A stretch of 64,000 nt of DNA, taken from contig JAGUZN010000211.1 of assembly GCA_020060775.1 (NCBI GenBank), positions 6,224 through 70,223 of the forward strand, given 5' to 3'. Both the position numbers and the translations under genes were made by a program. The stretch is from Armatimonadota bacterium. Lineage in GTDB: Bacteria; Armatimonadota; Hebobacteria; CAIYQO01. The notes beneath the pieces are model-generated. The model was not told where the DNA came from. It did not search any database and worked only from the letters and a program-made list of their open reading frames with translations. Position 1 is the first letter of the stretch. Each line of letters starts with the position of its first letter. Below, one piece after another: positions 39,550 through 49,570 of the stretch.

Positions 39550-41898
39550 ATGAAAGTGCTGGCCTACCAACAACAGGGATCACACCGGCGGCGGCGCTGG
39601 TTCCGCTTTTTCCGTGCCATTACCATCCTCATGCTCATTGGCGCGTCGCTCGGGATGGGGCTGCTGGCGGGGTTGTTTGCGTCAGTCTCAGCATTACTGC
39701 CCACGGGTGATGAACTGTCAGATATCCGTCCGCCCGCGCCGACCCGCATACTGGCGAGCGACGGCACGCTGCTGGCCAAAGTCTTCTCCGAAAACCGCGA
39801 GAATGTGCCGATCGATCGGATGAAGCATATTATACCGGCGACTCTTGCCATCGAAGATGTCCGTTTCTATTCCCACCCGGGCATTGACCCGCGCGGCATC
39901 ATGCGGGCGCTGATCACTAACATCGCGGCCGGCGACACCAAGGAGGGAGCCAGCACTATCACACAGCAACTTGCGCGCAACCTCTACCTGACGCGTCAGA
40001 AGATCATCACGCGCAAACTGCAAGAGATGGTGCTCGCGTTGGAAATCGAACGCCGCTATGCGAAAAATGAAATTCTGGAAGCCTACCTCAACCAGGCGTA
40101 TTACGGCGCCAACCGCCATGGCGTGCAGTCCTGGGGGTGCCAGGTTGCATCGCAGAACTATTTCAACAAAGATGTCGAGGACCTGACCATCGCCGAGGCG
40201 GCGTTGCTCGCCGGCTTGCCGAAGAACCCGCGTGACTACAATCCGTATCGCTATCCGGAGGCGGCGATAAAGCGCCGCAACACCGTGCTGCGCATCATGC
40301 TGAATAGTGCCTTCATCAGCCGCGCACAGTACGATGAGGCGATCGACACGCCCATTTCGCTGGCGCCCGAGCGTAAACTGAAAGAAACGGCAGATTTCCA
40401 CGCGCCCTACTTCGTTGACTTTATTCTGCCGCATGAGCTGAAACGCGTCTTCGGGCAGGACTGGCTCGACCTCGTCTACCGTTATGGCATCAATGTACAC
40501 ACCAGCCTGGATCCGCGCATGCAGAAGGTGGCGGAAGATGTGGTGACGCGTAAAGTGAAGGAGAATAAGTTCCGACGCATCGATGACGGCGCGCTGGTGT
40601 GCATCGACTTCCGCACCGGATTGATCAAGGCCATGGTGGGCGGCACCAACTTCCGCAAAGACCAGTATAACATCGTCACGCAGGGGCGGCGCCAGCCAGG
40701 TTCGTCATTCAAACCGTTCGTGTACACGACGGCCCTGCTGCGCGGTTATACGCCGAAGACCATTATTCACGACAGCCCGGGGCGATACCCGAGCGGCACA
40801 GATCAGATCTGGTCGCCGAAGAACTCGGACGGGCGTTTCCTGGGTCCCTTGCCGCTGGAAAAAGCATTATGGCTCTCGCGCAATGCCGCAGCCGCCGCTG
40901 TCGCGAATGATGTGGGCATCAAGCCGATCATCGACATTGCCTACCGCATGGGGATCAAGCATCCGCTCGAGCCGTACCTGTCCACCTCGCTGGGGGCGTC
41001 GGTCGTCGCACCATTGGAAATCTGTTCGGCGTACGGCACGCTGGCCAACGCCGGCGTCCACCACCCGCCAACGGCGATCACGCGGATCACCACGGCCGAC
41101 GGCGATTTGCTGTATGAATATCGCCCACTGGCGAAACGTGCCCTGCCGGCCGACATCGCCAACACCATGCGCAAGATTATGCGCGGGGCGGTTGAGCGGG
41201 GCACGGGGCGCGCCGCGCGCTGTCCCTTCCCGGTCTCCGGGAAAACCGGCACAACGAACTCCTACCGCGATGCCTGGTTCATCGGCTACACTGATGATCT
41301 GGTGACAGCGGTATGGGTGGGCAACCGACAGAACCAGCCGATGAACCGCACCTACGGCGGCACGGTGCCCGCGCCCATCTGGCGCGAATTTATGATGGTC
41401 GCCCACCCCATCATGGCGGCTGAGCACAAAACGCAGGAGGAGTATCTGGTGCGCATTAACAGCTTGCCGGATGCAACCAATATTGACCGTACACCAACGG
41501 AATATGTATTGAAAATGCGCGGCAAGCGGGCGGAGGATACACCGGAAGAGTCCCCGGTCGAAGAGACGGTGAACGCCAGCGAAACCTATCAGGTGACGAT
41601 CTGCATGGAAACGGGCGACCGGGCGACGCCGTGGTGCCCGGAAACGATGGTGGTGACCTATATGAAAGGCCGGCAGCCCTCGCCGCCATCAAGACGCTGC
41701 TCTGCCCATACCAACGCGGCAGGGGTGCCCACCGCCAACGGCCAGGAAGGTGGGGGCACATCGGAACAAGGTGGCGTGTTGATCAGCGTCTGCGCGGAAA
41801 CGGGCAAGATCGCCAGTGATCGTTGCCCACGTGTGCTGCTGCGGCGCTTCACCGATGATCCGCCTACCGAGACCTGCCCCTTGCATGGCACACATTAA
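39550..41898 (+). CDS. Class A penicillin-binding protein (transglycosylase + transpeptidase, PBP1A-like) with an unusual Cys-rich C-terminal tail.
   Basis: GT51 motifs (EDVRFYSHPGID, ITQQLARNLY) and TPase motifs (SSFKPF, SRN, KTGT). Confidence 0.9.
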   Translation: MKVLAYQQQGSHRRRRWFRFFRAITILMLIGASLGMGLLAGLFASVSALLPTGDELSDIRPPAPTRILASDGTLLAKVFSENRENVPIDRMKHIIPATLAIEDVRFYSHPGIDPRGIMRALITNIAAGDTKEGASTITQQLARNLYLTRQKIITRKLQEMVLALEIERRYAKNEILEAYLNQAYYGANRHGVQSWGCQVASQNYFNKDVEDLTIAEAALLAGLPKNPRDYNPYRYPEAAIKRRNTVLRIMLNSAFISRAQYDEAIDTPISLAPERKLKETADFHAPYFVDFILPHELKRVFGQDWLDLVYRYGINVHTSLDPRMQKVAEDVVTRKVKENKFRRIDDGALVCIDFRTGLIKAMVGGTNFRKDQYNIVTQGRRQPGSSFKPFVYTTALLRGYTPKTIIHDSPGRYPSGTDQIWSPKNSDGRFLGPLPLEKALWLSRNAAAAAVANDVGIKPIIDIAYRMGIKHPLEPYLSTSLGASVVAPLEICSAYGTLANAGVHHPPTAITRITTADGDLLYEYRPLAKRALPADIANTMRKIMRGAVERGTGRAARCPFPVSGKTGTTNSYRDAWFIGYTDDLVTAVWVGNRQNQPMNRTYGGTVPAPIWREFMMVAHPIMAAEHKTQEEYLVRINSLPDATNIDRTPTEYVLKMRGKRAEDTPEESPVEETVNASETYQVTICMETGDRATPWCPETMVVTYMKGRQPSPPSRRCSAHTNAAGVPTANGQEGGGTSEQGGVLISVCAETGKIASDRCPRVLLRRFTDDPPTETCPLHGTH

Positions 41899-42064
41899 TT
41901 GGGGGCGGAGCGCGAAGACGATTGGGGGCCGCAACGCGGCCCCTTTTCGGTTGCGGATGGCTGTGATCACTTGCCGTGAGACGAGCATCTGCGCGGCAGC
42001 GCCGTATCGAATCCATGCACGGTCGCAAGGACGACGTGCCAGCGGCGCCGGCATGCGACAGCCG

Positions 42065-42265
42065 TCAACGCCGTTCAATTTCTCCCCGCTCGGTCGAGCG
42101 CCAGAGCATGCCCTCGGCAACATTCAGCAGGTGTCGCCCGGCTTCAACAATGTGTCGGCGCCACTGCGGGCGGATGTGCAGCACGTAAGCAACACCGGCG
42201 GCTACCGTTCCGGCGAGCACGGCAGCGCCGATGGCCATCGTCATTTTACGCTGGTCGTTGGTCAT
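42065..42265 (-). CDS. Small hypothetical protein of 66 aa with one predicted TM helix.
   Basis: GAGGAA lies 6 nt upstream of the ATG. It has a hydrophobic core (AIGAAVLAGTVAAGVAYVL). This is a weak call. Confidence 0.3.
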   Translation of the reverse strand: MTNDQRKMTMAIGAAVLAGTVAAGVAYVLHIRPQWRRHIVEAGRHLLNVAEGMLWRSTERGEIERR

Positions 42266-42773
42266 GCAGATTCCTCACAAGTCATGAGTCAAACACCCGC
42301 CGTCCACTTGCAGGCGCCACGGGCCTTTTCTCTACTTTAGTCTGTACACGCGTTTCTCCTGCTGTCAAGAGGAAGCGATCATCAAGAAGGCGAAGGAATG
42401 TTAATGGCGCCATCATTCGCCATGATTGCACTCCGGGATGACCTCATGTGTATTGCCGTGCGATGCGGTGATCCGCCATCCGGGTATACCATGTGATGAT
42501 GTTCGGAGCAAACTGGTCAAATGTCATCGAGTTATTGGGTGCACTGCTGGTGTTGCTCGCCTTCTGGGCGAATGCGCGCGGCAAGTGGGGTCGCGATACG
42601 CCGGTATACCTGTTGGTGAATCTGGCCGGAGCGGTCTTTTTGGGCGTTGTGGCGTTGGCACTGCGTCGCTGGGGATTTGTCCTGTTGGAAATTGCCTGGG
42701 CCGGCGTCAGTCTTGCCGGTCTGTTGCGCGCGACGCGGCGCGGTTTCCCCCAACCCACCATTGAGGATATACG

Positions 42774-43320
42774 TGTGACTGACGATCGTACTCGACTGCG
42801 TGAACTGATGCATGCGCTCGCATTGCAGCGCGGGCACTTTGTGCTGGCTTCCGGCAAAGAGAGCCGCTATTACCTGGATGGCCGCATGGTCACCCTGTCC
42901 CCCGAGGGTGCCTACCTCACCGGCAAGCTCATGCACGCCGTGCTGCAACCGCTGGGGGTCGAGGCCGTGGGCGGGCTGACAATGGGGGCTGACCCGGTGG
43001 CCACCGCCGTGGCGGTGTACAGCTTTCAGCAAGGCGAACCCATGCCCGCGTTTCTCGTGCGCAAAGAGACGAAGGCGCACGGCATGCAAAAGCAGGTGGA
43101 GGGTCCGGTGCGTCCGGGCATGCGCGTAGCCATCGTCGAAGACACGGTGACCACCGGCGAGTCCTCCCTGCGCGCCATCGAAGCGGTGGAGGCCATGGGC
43201 TGCACCGTGGTAACCGTGCTGGCGCTCATCGACCGCCTGGAAGGTGCGCGTGAACGGCTTGAGGCCGCGGGGTACGAGTTCCGCGCGCTCTTCACCATCC
43301 GCGATCTCGACCTCGACTGA
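42774..43320 (+). CDS. pyrE: Orotate phosphoribosyltransferase (PyrE).
   Basis: Has the PRTase motif VAIVEDTVTTGESSL and a PyrE-like N-terminus (...ALALQRGHFVLASGKESRYYLD). A GTG start with GAGGA 5 nt upstream is proposed. The open frame continues upstream to 42493 through a hydrophobic segment (see findings). Confidence 0.7.
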
Positions 43321-43842
43321 TCATTTTCCGCCGCGTTGACGTGACTTCACCGCGAAATAGGCGAAGCAGCCGAGGAACACCGCACCGGCAACAATGCCCT
43401 TCACCGCTGTTCGCACGCCGCGTCCGGCGGCGCGGGCGCTACCGGCGAAGACTTCATGCAGGGCGGAGCGCACGATTCCCATGTCGGCCTCGACCTGCGC
43501 GTTGGTGAGATTGGCGGCGGCAAGGATGGCCTCGCGACGTTCGGTCGGCAGGGCATCCAGCGTACGGCGAATCGCCCAGAGCATGACAAGCAAATCGTCG
43601 AGTTGCCCGATAACGGGGATGAAGCCGGGAATCAAATCGACCGGCGAAATCTGATATCCGACGGCAACAAGCAGCGCCGTGCGTTGCCCGGCGGTAATAT
43701 GGGGATCGGTGACCAACCCGTAGACCAAACGACCGTAAGACGGCAATCGGCGGATAATGGGCACCACATGCTCACGCATACGGCGTCCCAACGATGCTAA
43801 TGCGCCCTCCAGGGCAGGAGATTGCTCCTCGGCCATGCGCAC
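43321..43842 (-). CDS. DUF1232 (YkvA-like) membrane protein.
   Basis: Carries the characteristic …DLIPGFIPVIGQLDDLLV… motif. Confidence 0.65.
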   Translation of the reverse strand: MRMAEEQSPALEGALASLGRRMREHVVPIIRRLPSYGRLVYGLVTDPHITAGQRTALLVAVGYQISPVDLIPGFIPVIGQLDDLLVMLWAIRRTLDALPTERREAILAAANLTNAQVEADMGIVRSALHEVFAGSARAAGRGVRTAVKGIVAGAVFLGCFAYFAVKSRQRGGK

Positions 43843-43916
43843 CTCCAGATAACTATTGTACCCGCGAGGTCTTCAGCACGGCAAGGGCAAAAGGACGAAC
43901 GGACAACGTTTATACT

Positions 43917-45380
43917 TCAGGCATCGCCATTGGCTTGTCGGTCCTGTTTGTGGAAGCTAAGCCAGCTTAACGGCAACCCAGCGGCAATGCGGGGATCGCG
44001 GCCGTGCTTGGCGCGGTACATCAAACCGTCGGCTTGCGAGAGCACCATCTCCATGGCATGCTGGAAATATTCATGTGGCGAGCGCAGGCGGGCGTATCCC
44101 TTGGGGTCACCCTCATCCTGGTGGATGCCCCCGACCCCGATGCTGATGGCCAGCGGAATTTCCGCTCCGCCGGCGATCACTTTATGCGAGGCGACGGAGG
44201 AGTACAGGCGCTGGGCTACCTCCATGCCGCCATTGATGGGCGTGTTCGGCAAGACGGCAATAAATTCGTCGCCCCCGTAACGTCCAAGGATGTCGGTATC
44301 GCGGATGGCGTTGTGCAGCAGCATGCCGATGTCACGCAATACGCGGTCGCCTACCAGATGGCCGTAGGTATCATTCACCTGCTTAAAGCGATCAAGGTCC
44401 ATCATCAGCACGGTCAGATCCTGGCCGGTACGCGAGGAGGATTTGATCGCCTGGTATAGCCGCTTAAGGATGAAACTCCGCGTGAACATGCGCGTGGTGG
44501 TATCGATAGCCGCGAGGTCGAACAGCGTCACATTCTCCAGCACCACTGCAGCATGGCTGATTATGACTTTCAGGGCATCAGGCACGCCGGCGGCGCAGGG
44601 CATCCCGTGCAGGAACAGCACACCGAGCGTTCGGTCGTTGCGGATGAGCGGGAAAACGACATAGCGTTCGCCACCCTGAATTGTGCGCTGTTCCGCCGCA
44701 AGCATAGCATCGGCTTGCAGGGCACCGGGCAACTGACCCTGACGATATCCGGCCAGTTCTCCCTGGCTGGCAACGACCGTCAACTCGCCCTCATCATTCA
44801 TGAGCAACAACGCCCCGCTGAAAGGCGCGCCATCATAAGAATCGCACGTCCGCGCAACGACGCATAACGCGGTAGACAGGATAGACTCCACCGCCTCATC
44901 GGTAGTTCGTTCGACATTCAACTGGTCGGTCAACGCCACCAGGTCACGCTCGCATTGCCGGCGGACGGCCGCCGATTTACGCGCCATCGCCACCTCGCGC
45001 GCCGCGCGCACCCACCCCAACAGGGCAAACGGAGGATCTTGCGGGGAGAGATGGGCGACTAACAGGCGCTCGCGCCAATGCTCAGGCACCTCGACCGGAG
45101 CGGAGAGGGCAAGCACAATGGCCAGGTCAGGGTTGGCCCCCATGAGGGTGACCAGAGTGGTCTCCAGTTCGGGCGTGATCTCCTCTGCCGGCACAACGGC
45201 GATCGTAGTGGAACAGGAAGCGGCTACGTTGGCGGCGGCATCGGCGGCCGTCGAAGCAGTCTCAACGGCAAAGCCGTCCTCGCGACAGCAGGCTTGCCAG
45301 GCGTCAGGGATGGGAGCGAGGTCATTATCGATGAACAGGACCTGGGGTAGTGTATCCTGTACGGGCGATTGCTGCAGCAT
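43917..45380 (-). CDS. Diguanylate cyclase: an N-terminal degenerate receiver-like domain, GAF and GGDEF.
   Basis: The GGDEF domain contains RYGGDEFIAV with an RxxD I-site region. The start is chosen at MLQQSPVQD (45380). Confidence 0.85.
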   Translation of the reverse strand: MLQQSPVQDTLPQVLFIDNDLAPIPDAWQACCREDGFAVETASTAADAAANVAASCSTTIAVVPAEEITPELETTLVTLMGANPDLAIVLALSAPVEVPEHWRERLLVAHLSPQDPPFALLGWVRAAREVAMARKSAAVRRQCERDLVALTDQLNVERTTDEAVESILSTALCVVARTCDSYDGAPFSGALLLMNDEGELTVVASQGELAGYRQGQLPGALQADAMLAAEQRTIQGGERYVVFPLIRNDRTLGVLFLHGMPCAAGVPDALKVIISHAAVVLENVTLFDLAAIDTTTRMFTRSFILKRLYQAIKSSSRTGQDLTVLMMDLDRFKQVNDTYGHLVGDRVLRDIGMLLHNAIRDTDILGRYGGDEFIAVLPNTPINGGMEVAQRLYSSVASHKVIAGGAEIPLAISIGVGGIHQDEGDPKGYARLRSPHEYFQHAMEMVLSQADGLMYRAKHGRDPRIAAGLPLSWLSFHKQDRQANGDA

Positions 45381-45664
45381 GCCGGCCGATCCTTTCGTTC
45401 TTTTGGGGCTCGGTATCATCCTGAATACGTGCAGGCACACCTCACTGTTGCCCTACCCCGAACACCATGCCGGATGACGGCCTGCGCGCGAAGCAATTCA
45501 TCTGGGGAACGCTGAAAGTGTGCCGATAAGATACGATCAAAGCGTCGCCCAACATCCAGGCGAGGCGACTGTTCGAGTTGGTTATTCCACACTTCACCGT
45601 AAAATCCCTCATGTTCCCTGAGTAGATTATGCAAATATATGTTTCCAAGCATTTCAGCGATCAG

Positions 45665-45693
45665 TTGACCCTCTCTCTCGTCACAGCTATAAT
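45665..45693 (+). promoter_or_regulatory. Sigma70-like promoter for hisG: TTGACC-17 nt-TATAAT.
   Basis: Near-consensus hexamers with a 17-bp spacer lie 48 bp upstream of the hisG ATG. A GGAGG RBS is at 45732. Confidence 0.5.
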
Positions 45694-45740
45694 ACCGCAG
45701 GCACGGGGCAACGTGTCCCGGCCGTGAAATTGGAGGCAGC

Positions 45741-46619
45741 ATGACGACCCAGCCAGTGAAAATCGCCTTGCCGAAAGGCAGTTTGCAAGAGTCGACCTAC
45801 GCGTTGTTCGCGCGGGCCGGATGGAAAATTTCGGCATCCTCGCGATCCTATTTCCCGCGCATCGATGACCCCGAGTTGTCCGGCGTGCTCATCCGCGCGC
45901 AGGAAATTGCGCGCTATGTGCAGGATGGCGTGATGGATTGCGGCCTCACCGGTCGTGACTGGGTGGCGGAAAATGACGCCGATGTGGTGGAAGTCGCAGC
46001 ACTGGTCTACGCCAAGCAGGAGGCGCGTCCCGTGCGCTGGGTGGTGGCGGTGCCGAACGACTCCGACATGCAGACCGTGCAGGATCTCCAGGGCAAGCGC
46101 ATCGCCACGGAGTTGGTCAATACCACCAAGCGATTCCTGGAAGAACATGGCGTGGAGGCCCACGTCGAATTCTCCTGGGGGGCAACCGAGGCTAAGGTAC
46201 CGAGCCTGGTCGATGCCATTGTGGACGTGACGGAGACCGGCAGTTCGCTGAAGGCGAATAATCTGCGCATCATGACCACGGTCATCGAATCGGTCACCGT
46301 ACTCATCGCCAACAAAGCGGCTTGGGCAGATCCGGCAAAACGACGGAAAATTGAACAGATCGCTTTGCTGCTAAAGGGTGCGCTGGCCGCCGACGGCAAG
46401 GTGGGTCTCAAGATGAACGTGCCCGAAGGGAATGTCCAGCGCGTGGTGAGCCTGCTGCCCGCCATGAAAGGTCCCACTATCTCCAAGCTGGCCGATGGCG
46501 AGTGGGTCGCGGTTGAAACCGTCCTTGAAGAAAAAACCGTGCGCGAGATCATCCCGCAGCTCAAAGCCGCCGGCGCACAGGACATCATTGAGTACCCGCT
46601 CAACAAAATCATCCCGTAA
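45741..46619 (+). CDS. hisG: ATP phosphoribosyltransferase (long form, HisG).
   Basis: Full-length similarity, including the C-terminal regulatory domain. Confidence 0.93.
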   Translation: MTTQPVKIALPKGSLQESTYALFARAGWKISASSRSYFPRIDDPELSGVLIRAQEIARYVQDGVMDCGLTGRDWVAENDADVVEVAALVYAKQEARPVRWVVAVPNDSDMQTVQDLQGKRIATELVNTTKRFLEEHGVEAHVEFSWGATEAKVPSLVDAIVDVTETGSSLKANNLRIMTTVIESVTVLIANKAAWADPAKRRKIEQIALLLKGALAADGKVGLKMNVPEGNVQRVVSLLPAMKGPTISKLADGEWVAVETVLEEKTVREIIPQLKAAGAQDIIEYPLNKIIP

Positions 46620-46644
46620 GGGGTGGTATGCAAAGTGCAAATAC

Positions 46645-46672
46645 AGCAGGGGGGCCGTCGCGACCCCCTGCT
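46645..46672. terminator. Bidirectional terminator hairpin AGCAGGGGG-gccgtcgcga-CCCCCTGCT followed by TTTCTGTCTCC.
   Basis: A perfect 9-bp stem between the convergent hisG and SDR genes, with a T-rich tail on the plus strand. Confidence 0.5.
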
Positions 46673-46687
46673 TTCTGTCTCCTGTCC

Positions 46688-47464
46688 CTACGGGTTCATC
46701 ACCTGGCCGCCGGTGACGTTCAGCGCCTGGCCGGTCATGTAGCTGCTCGCGTCGCTGGCGAGGAACACCACCAGGTTGGTGATATCATCGTAGGAGCAGC
46801 CGCGCCCGAGCGGCACCTGGCCCTCATAGAACTTGCGCACTTCCTCGAGGGACATGCCGCGATTCTTCGCATACTGCTCAAAGAGGCTGTCCTGCCATAG
46901 CGGACTATCGAGCAGGTTGCCCGGGCAGATGGCATTGGCGCGCGCGCCGTGCGGCGCGAGTTCAAGCGCCACCGATTGGATGAGCCCGATCGCCCCGAAC
47001 TTGGAAGCGGCGTACGCGCTGTTGCGGAACGAGCCGCGCTTGCCGGACTTCGAGTTAATCGCCACAATGGCGCCGGACTGCTGCTTGATGAACTCACGCG
47101 CAGCGTATTTGCAACAGAGCATATTGCCGACGAGATTGACATCGAGCACCTTGCGCCATTTGTTGACATCGGCGTCCTCGATCGGTTCGGCGATGAGGAT
47201 GCCGGCATTGGGCACCATGATGTCCAGACGGCCGAAGGTCTCCACGGTGGCCTGCACCATGGCGGCGACCTGCTCCTCATTCGTGACGTCAACGGCATAG
47301 CCCAGCCCATTGGGCAGCGACGCCGCCACGCGCTTCGCGTTCTCGCCATTCAAATCGGCCACAGTGACGCGGCAACCTTCATCGGACAATCGGCGAGCGA
47401 TCGCCTCGCCCAACCCCTGCCCGGCGCCAGTGACGATGGCCACTTTATTCTGCAAATCGATCAT
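46688..47464 (-). CDS. Short-chain dehydrogenase/reductase (sorbitol-6-phosphate / polyol dehydrogenase-like).
   Basis: TGAGQGLGEAIA Rossmann motif. YxxxK is embedded in NSAYAASKFG. The C-terminus resembles SrlD-type enzymes. Confidence 0.85.
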   Translation of the reverse strand: MIDLQNKVAIVTGAGQGLGEAIARRLSDEGCRVTVADLNGENAKRVAASLPNGLGYAVDVTNEEQVAAMVQATVETFGRLDIMVPNAGILIAEPIEDADVNKWRKVLDVNLVGNMLCCKYAAREFIKQQSGAIVAINSKSGKRGSFRNSAYAASKFGAIGLIQSVALELAPHGARANAICPGNLLDSPLWQDSLFEQYAKNRGMSLEEVRKFYEGQVPLGRGCSYDDITNLVVFLASDASSYMTGQALNVTGGQVMNP

Positions 47465-47489
47465 GACATTCTCCTCCGTGTCTCATCAC

Positions 47490-49253
47490 TTACCCGACCT
47501 GCGCCGGCGCCTCCAGCGACAGCTTCAGGCGCAACAGCTCGGCTTCCGCCTCATTGGTCCAGTACTTGCCGTCGCGCAACCTGGCGGCGACGGTGGGCAG
47601 CACATCTTTGAGATCCGAGAGGCGGGTCACCGGCAAGTCGGCGATCTGCGGATAGATGATGATCTTGCCCGGCACCGTCTGTTCCTTCACCAGGCGCATC
47701 CCTTCGGCCGCGGCATTCATGCCGCCGATGGCTGCCGCGGCATTGGCGGTGAGGAGTTCGCCGGTTTCCGCCAGGCGCAGTGTCTCCACCATGTCGGAGA
47801 TCTTCGAGCCTGAACTGCCGATCCAGCGCATATTGCGCAGATAGATATCTTCCAGGGTCAGCGAGCACTTGGTGCCGCGCGCCAGGCCGGCGAAGATGTT
47901 GAGCAATCCGTCGGGTGCGGTGTATGCCGCCGCCTGTTCGACCAGGGCGGGCACGGGTACCAATGCCACCACATCGTCGAAACCACGGCCACCGCTAATT
48001 TCGCGCAGTTTGGCCTCAAAGGCCTCCGGGGTGAACTCGGTGGGGTTGAGCACCAGCAAGGTGCGCCCATGTGCCTCTGCAGCGGGGATAAAGCGCTCGC
48101 GCAATTCGTCGAGTCGCGTCGGGTCGATGTCGGTGGCGACAATCAGCGACGGGCCATTGGGCATTTCGCAGGCGCGCTGTACGTGCATCTGCCCCATCGG
48201 CCCACCCGCGCCGAGGAACCAGGCGGTGCCGCCGGGCTTCAATTCAGTGGGGGTGCGATGGCAGCCATAAGACGCGCTGATGTCGGGGCCGGGATTGCCG
48301 GTGTAATACCAGTACTCGTAGTGCACGCGCCCCACATCGACCGCAACCTGCTGGCCGACCGGCTCGGAGCAGACGATGTTGAGCACGCCGAACTTGGCCA
48401 GCTTGGTGCTGACCGCTTCCAGGCAGGCCGGACTCAACTTTCCGCAAACGATGATGTCGTCAAATCCGATGCCAGCGGTGTGCGCGTCAACGATGGCATC
48501 CAGGCCGCCGCACTGGCCATTGCAGGCGATCTCCACCACTTCCGCGCCGGTCGCCTTCACCCTGTCCAGCAACGCAGCGGGGAGATTGGCGGCCACGATG
48601 CGTGCGGGTTTGCCCTCGGCAAAGGTCTTACCGAGCACCAGTTGCTCCGCGCCTTCCCCGCCGACCATCAGACAGGCGCCGCCGTCTTTCACGCCCTGGC
48701 GATAGTTGAGCCGGTAGGAGTGCACCACGCAGGCCCACGGCTCGGTGAGCGCCGCCTCGGCGTAGCCGGTACTGTCGGCGATAGGGATGAGGTAACAGCC
48801 ATCATCACCATCGAGGATCTTTTCATCGATCGCCTGATACTGGGTGAGACCGCCCGGCAAGGCATACCCGAAGGCGAGATTGACGCCCTGGTAGAACAAC
48901 TCAGCCTGCACGACAAAGCGCTGGCCGACGGCGAATTTGTCTTTCCACTCTTCGCCCACGCCGACGATGGTCACCACCGCCTCGTGGCCGGTCACCACGG
49001 GGTACATGCGCAGGTCACGCCGGATGCGCGTGTGTTCGCCCCCCTGGTTGAGTACCTTGACATCGCTGAAGCACAGGCCGGTCGCATCGCAGCGGATCAG
49101 CACCTGATCGGGCGCGTAACCGGGAACTTTGTGCTCGACAGGTTTACCATCAACCCCCAGATTCTCCAACCCGGCGCCATAGAGGAACCAGGTGTGTTGC
49201 CGCTTCGGCAGTTGATACTCGACCTCGCGGTATTGCTGTAACACGTCAGACAT
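47490..49253 (-). CDS. Zinc-type medium-chain dehydrogenase family protein (587 aa) with an extra nucleotide-binding domain.
   Basis: GroES-like ADH N-terminus (CDATGLCFSDVKV) plus two Rossmann-like segments (CLMVGGEGAE..., WFLGAGGPMGQMHVQ...). Confidence 0.65.
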   Translation of the reverse strand: MSDVLQQYREVEYQLPKRQHTWFLYGAGLENLGVDGKPVEHKVPGYAPDQVLIRCDATGLCFSDVKVLNQGGEHTRIRRDLRMYPVVTGHEAVVTIVGVGEEWKDKFAVGQRFVVQAELFYQGVNLAFGYALPGGLTQYQAIDEKILDGDDGCYLIPIADSTGYAEAALTEPWACVVHSYRLNYRQGVKDGGACLMVGGEGAEQLVLGKTFAEGKPARIVAANLPAALLDRVKATGAEVVEIACNGQCGGLDAIVDAHTAGIGFDDIIVCGKLSPACLEAVSTKLAKFGVLNIVCSEPVGQQVAVDVGRVHYEYWYYTGNPGPDISASYGCHRTPTELKPGGTAWFLGAGGPMGQMHVQRACEMPNGPSLIVATDIDPTRLDELRERFIPAAEAHGRTLLVLNPTEFTPEAFEAKLREISGGRGFDDVVALVPVPALVEQAAAYTAPDGLLNIFAGLARGTKCSLTLEDIYLRNMRWIGSSGSKISDMVETLRLAETGELLTANAAAAIGGMNAAAEGMRLVKEQTVPGKIIIYPQIADLPVTRLSDLKDVLPTVAARLRDGKYWTNEAEAELLRLKLSLEAPAQVG

Positions 49254-49456
49254 TCAATTATCCTTTCCAGTGCCATGTGAGCACACGCGCGCCCACAGTT
49301 GCGAGCGAAGTGTTTGCAACGAGGAATGACTGGGAGCCAAAGCAATGGCGCGGTTGCTACCGCGCCCCGCCCAGGACATTTGTCTCGTCGTTACTGGTAT
49401 AGTTCGCGCTCACAGCAGCCTCTTCCTCCTTCCGGTACGGACAACTCGCTCATGTT

Positions 49457-49493
49457 TGCATAACATGCCCGGACCTGCCGCTGGCTGCACGGC
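49457..49493 (-). terminator. Hairpin GCCCGGACCTGCCG-ctggctgca-CGGCAGGTCCGGGC downstream of the OmpW-like gene.
   Basis: A perfect 14-bp inverted repeat lies 78 bp past the stop at 49571. Confidence 0.4.
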
Positions 49494-49570
49494 AGGTCCG
49501 GGCTGGTACACGCGTGAGGCTGCTGTCGTTTCCCTCAACGCCCGTAGCTGATGACCGTCTTTCGCTTCAC

